Shown here: positions 62,440-64,000 of the stretch, piece by piece
Layout of the letters: each line of letters opens with the position of its first letter
Numbering within the stretch: position 1 is the first letter of the stretch
Origin: Lama glama
Lineage: Eukaryota
Direction: 5' to 3'
DNA: 64,000 bases
Assembly: GCA_028534125.1 (NCBI GenBank)
Contig: CM052818.1
Span: 24,368,001-24,432,000, forward strand
Translations under genes and position numbers: made by a program
The notes under the pieces: generated by a model
Databases searched by the model: none
The model's input: only the letters and a program-made list of their open reading frames with translations
Told to the model about the DNA's origin: nothing

Positions 62440-62596
62440 CGTTGTTGTTTTTTGGGAGGGAGGTAATTAGGTTTTTTTTGTTTGTTTGTTTGTTTTTTTA
62501 TGGAGGTACTGGGGATTGAACCCAGGACTTCGTGCATGCAGAGCATGTGCTCTACCACTGAGCTATACCCTCCCCCACCCTACTCCAACCACTCTG
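62440..62596 (-). mobile_element. tRNA-Ala-derived SINE (vic-1 type)
   Basis: tggaggtactggggattgaacccaggacttcgtgcatgcagagcatgtgctctaccactgagctatacc; imperfect TSD tta[t/c]cact[a/g]ttt at 62428-62439 and 62597-62608. Confidence 0.9.
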
Positions 62597-63164
62597 TTAC
62601 CACTGTTTTTATTGTTGTTATTGTCCAGAGTCATGGAGCTTGTTTGGTGCAAGAGGCAGGATGTGAAGATGGACCACACTACTCTCTGCCAGATGAACTT
62701 CCTTGACCTCCTTCCATCCTCTGTTCCCACAAAATTGTAGGGATCGTCAATCACATTTTCCTATTTCTCTTCACTTTGAAAAATTCCTATACTCAAAAAG
62801 GATGGTTAAATATTGATTTTTCTGAATATGAACAGAGTTGCCTTGACCTACCCGTGTGAGATGTGTTGGTTACCCCTGCCCAGTACTTTGGTCTATGTAT
62901 TTGGCGATGACAAAACTCAGAACCCAGGGGGCTGTGGCTCAGAGGTTGTGTCCGAGGTTTGCTCTGCAGAGAATTCCTGGGCTCACAAGGGTACAGTGGG
63001 GCTCCAAAGAATTCTAATCTATTGTGTACATCTTGTTCCAGTTTTATTCTGAGGAGCTGAAACAACACTTTATTGTGACTCAGCCAAGGAAATAAGCCAG
63101 AAATGTACAATATCTTCTCTATGGAATAGAATATTCTAGATTTCATGCACCCAGCTTTCCAAAG

Positions 63165-63380
63165 CAGTGGACCATAAAGGCTTTGGAATCTAGAGCCAAA
63201 TGGAGATCCTGGCTCCGCAATGTACTATGATCTTCTGTTCATTATGTGACTTCTCCAAGCCTGTTTTCTCATATGCAAAAGGGTTGTAATACCAGTGACA
63301 ACTTCACAGGATTGCTTGGAGGATGATGAGGCATTATTTAATATGTGCCTGGTATCTGTGAGAGGAACGTAAATGTCCTA
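63165..63380 (+). mobile_element. MIR SINE
   Basis: ggctttggaatctagag...gcctgttttctcatatgcaaaaggg...cttcacaggattgc. Confidence 0.7.
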
Positions 63381-64000
63381 GACTAATTGGTGCATGGGGA
63401 ATTAAAAACTATGCTTGTTTTCCATGTTTGTCACCAAAGCAAGTAGTAGGTGTTATGCCTTCCCCCTTTGGAGGTATTGGAGCTGTGCTATGTGCTCACT
63501 TCTTTCCCAAGGGCCAGGATTGTGATGGAGGTGTCTATGTGAGCAGAAGGCTCAGGAATGCTCGCAGGGAGATTCTTCTGGAGATTTAGCCACTACTCTG
63601 TCATCATTGCCCTCAACTGATTAGCATGAAGGAAGCACCATGCCTTGGCAAGTTACTCAGTTTCTTTTTCTCATGGGCATAGATTATGGCCCAGCACTTA
63701 CTGTGCTGAAACCCTCTTCCACCCAACTGTGTTTGCCCTGGGGAGGATGTTTGGGCAGAGGCAGAAGGGAAGATCTTGCAGGCACAGTATAGAGTGATGG
63801 ACTTGAAGGCGAGGAAGGATGCAGGCAAGAAGCCAGTTCCCAAATTCCCTGGATCATCACCCTTGCAAGTCCAGATGTGTCCAGATGACCTCAGCAGCTC
63901 CCCTTCCTGAGAAGTGAGCAGCAGTTTGCCACTTTCTTCCTTCTCCCTTCCCTTCTCCATGTCACATCCAGTTTCAGAACGGGCTTGACCGATGTTCCAG

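Noticed and set aside
62482..62740. ORFs MEVLGIEPRTSCM / WRYWGLNPGL
   Set aside because: Antisense translation of the vic-1 SINE.
1..64000. ORF-track ORFs (60-157 aa outside the gap) as protein-coding genes
   Set aside because: No recognisable domains or consistent exon chain, many non-ATG starts, and many overlap repeats; their lengths are as expected by chance in mammalian non-coding DNA.
1..64000. CRISPR array, operon or other prokaryote-type system
   Set aside because: No regularly spaced direct repeats with unique spacers and no gene-dense architecture; the sequence is clearly eutherian.

Overview
This window is mammalian non-coding DNA, most likely from a camelid (camel, llama or alpaca), and not microbial. 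The main evidence is six copies of a tRNA-Ala-derived SINE matching the camelid vic-1 type, several with target-site duplications (TSDs), together with cetartiodactyl-type L1 3' ends. I saw no Alu, PRE-1, BovB or Bov-tA. I found no supportable protein-coding exon, true tRNA/rRNA, recognisable miRNA or CRISPR array, and the ORF track is explained by chance, repeats and a 500-N assembly gap (13926-14425). A large share of the window is interspersed repeats: MIR, L2, L3/CR1, L1M, young L1 tails, an MLT1 LTR and MER5/MER20/MER94/MER103 DNA transposons, often nested. The unique DNA looks like an intergenic or large-intron regulatory landscape. Points of note are a small CpG island at ~38.0-38.8 kb (CRE, TATA, overlapping NF-kB/STAT6, KLF, GATA, AP-1), a candidate non-coding minus-strand exon (59008-59236), a 33-bp palindrome (33227-33259) and several motif-dense, CpG-retaining segments. 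I could not identify the host gene and do not see a novel biological system. Repeat families were recognised by eye, so their boundaries are approximate unless TSDs are quoted, and all regulatory calls are hypotheses.
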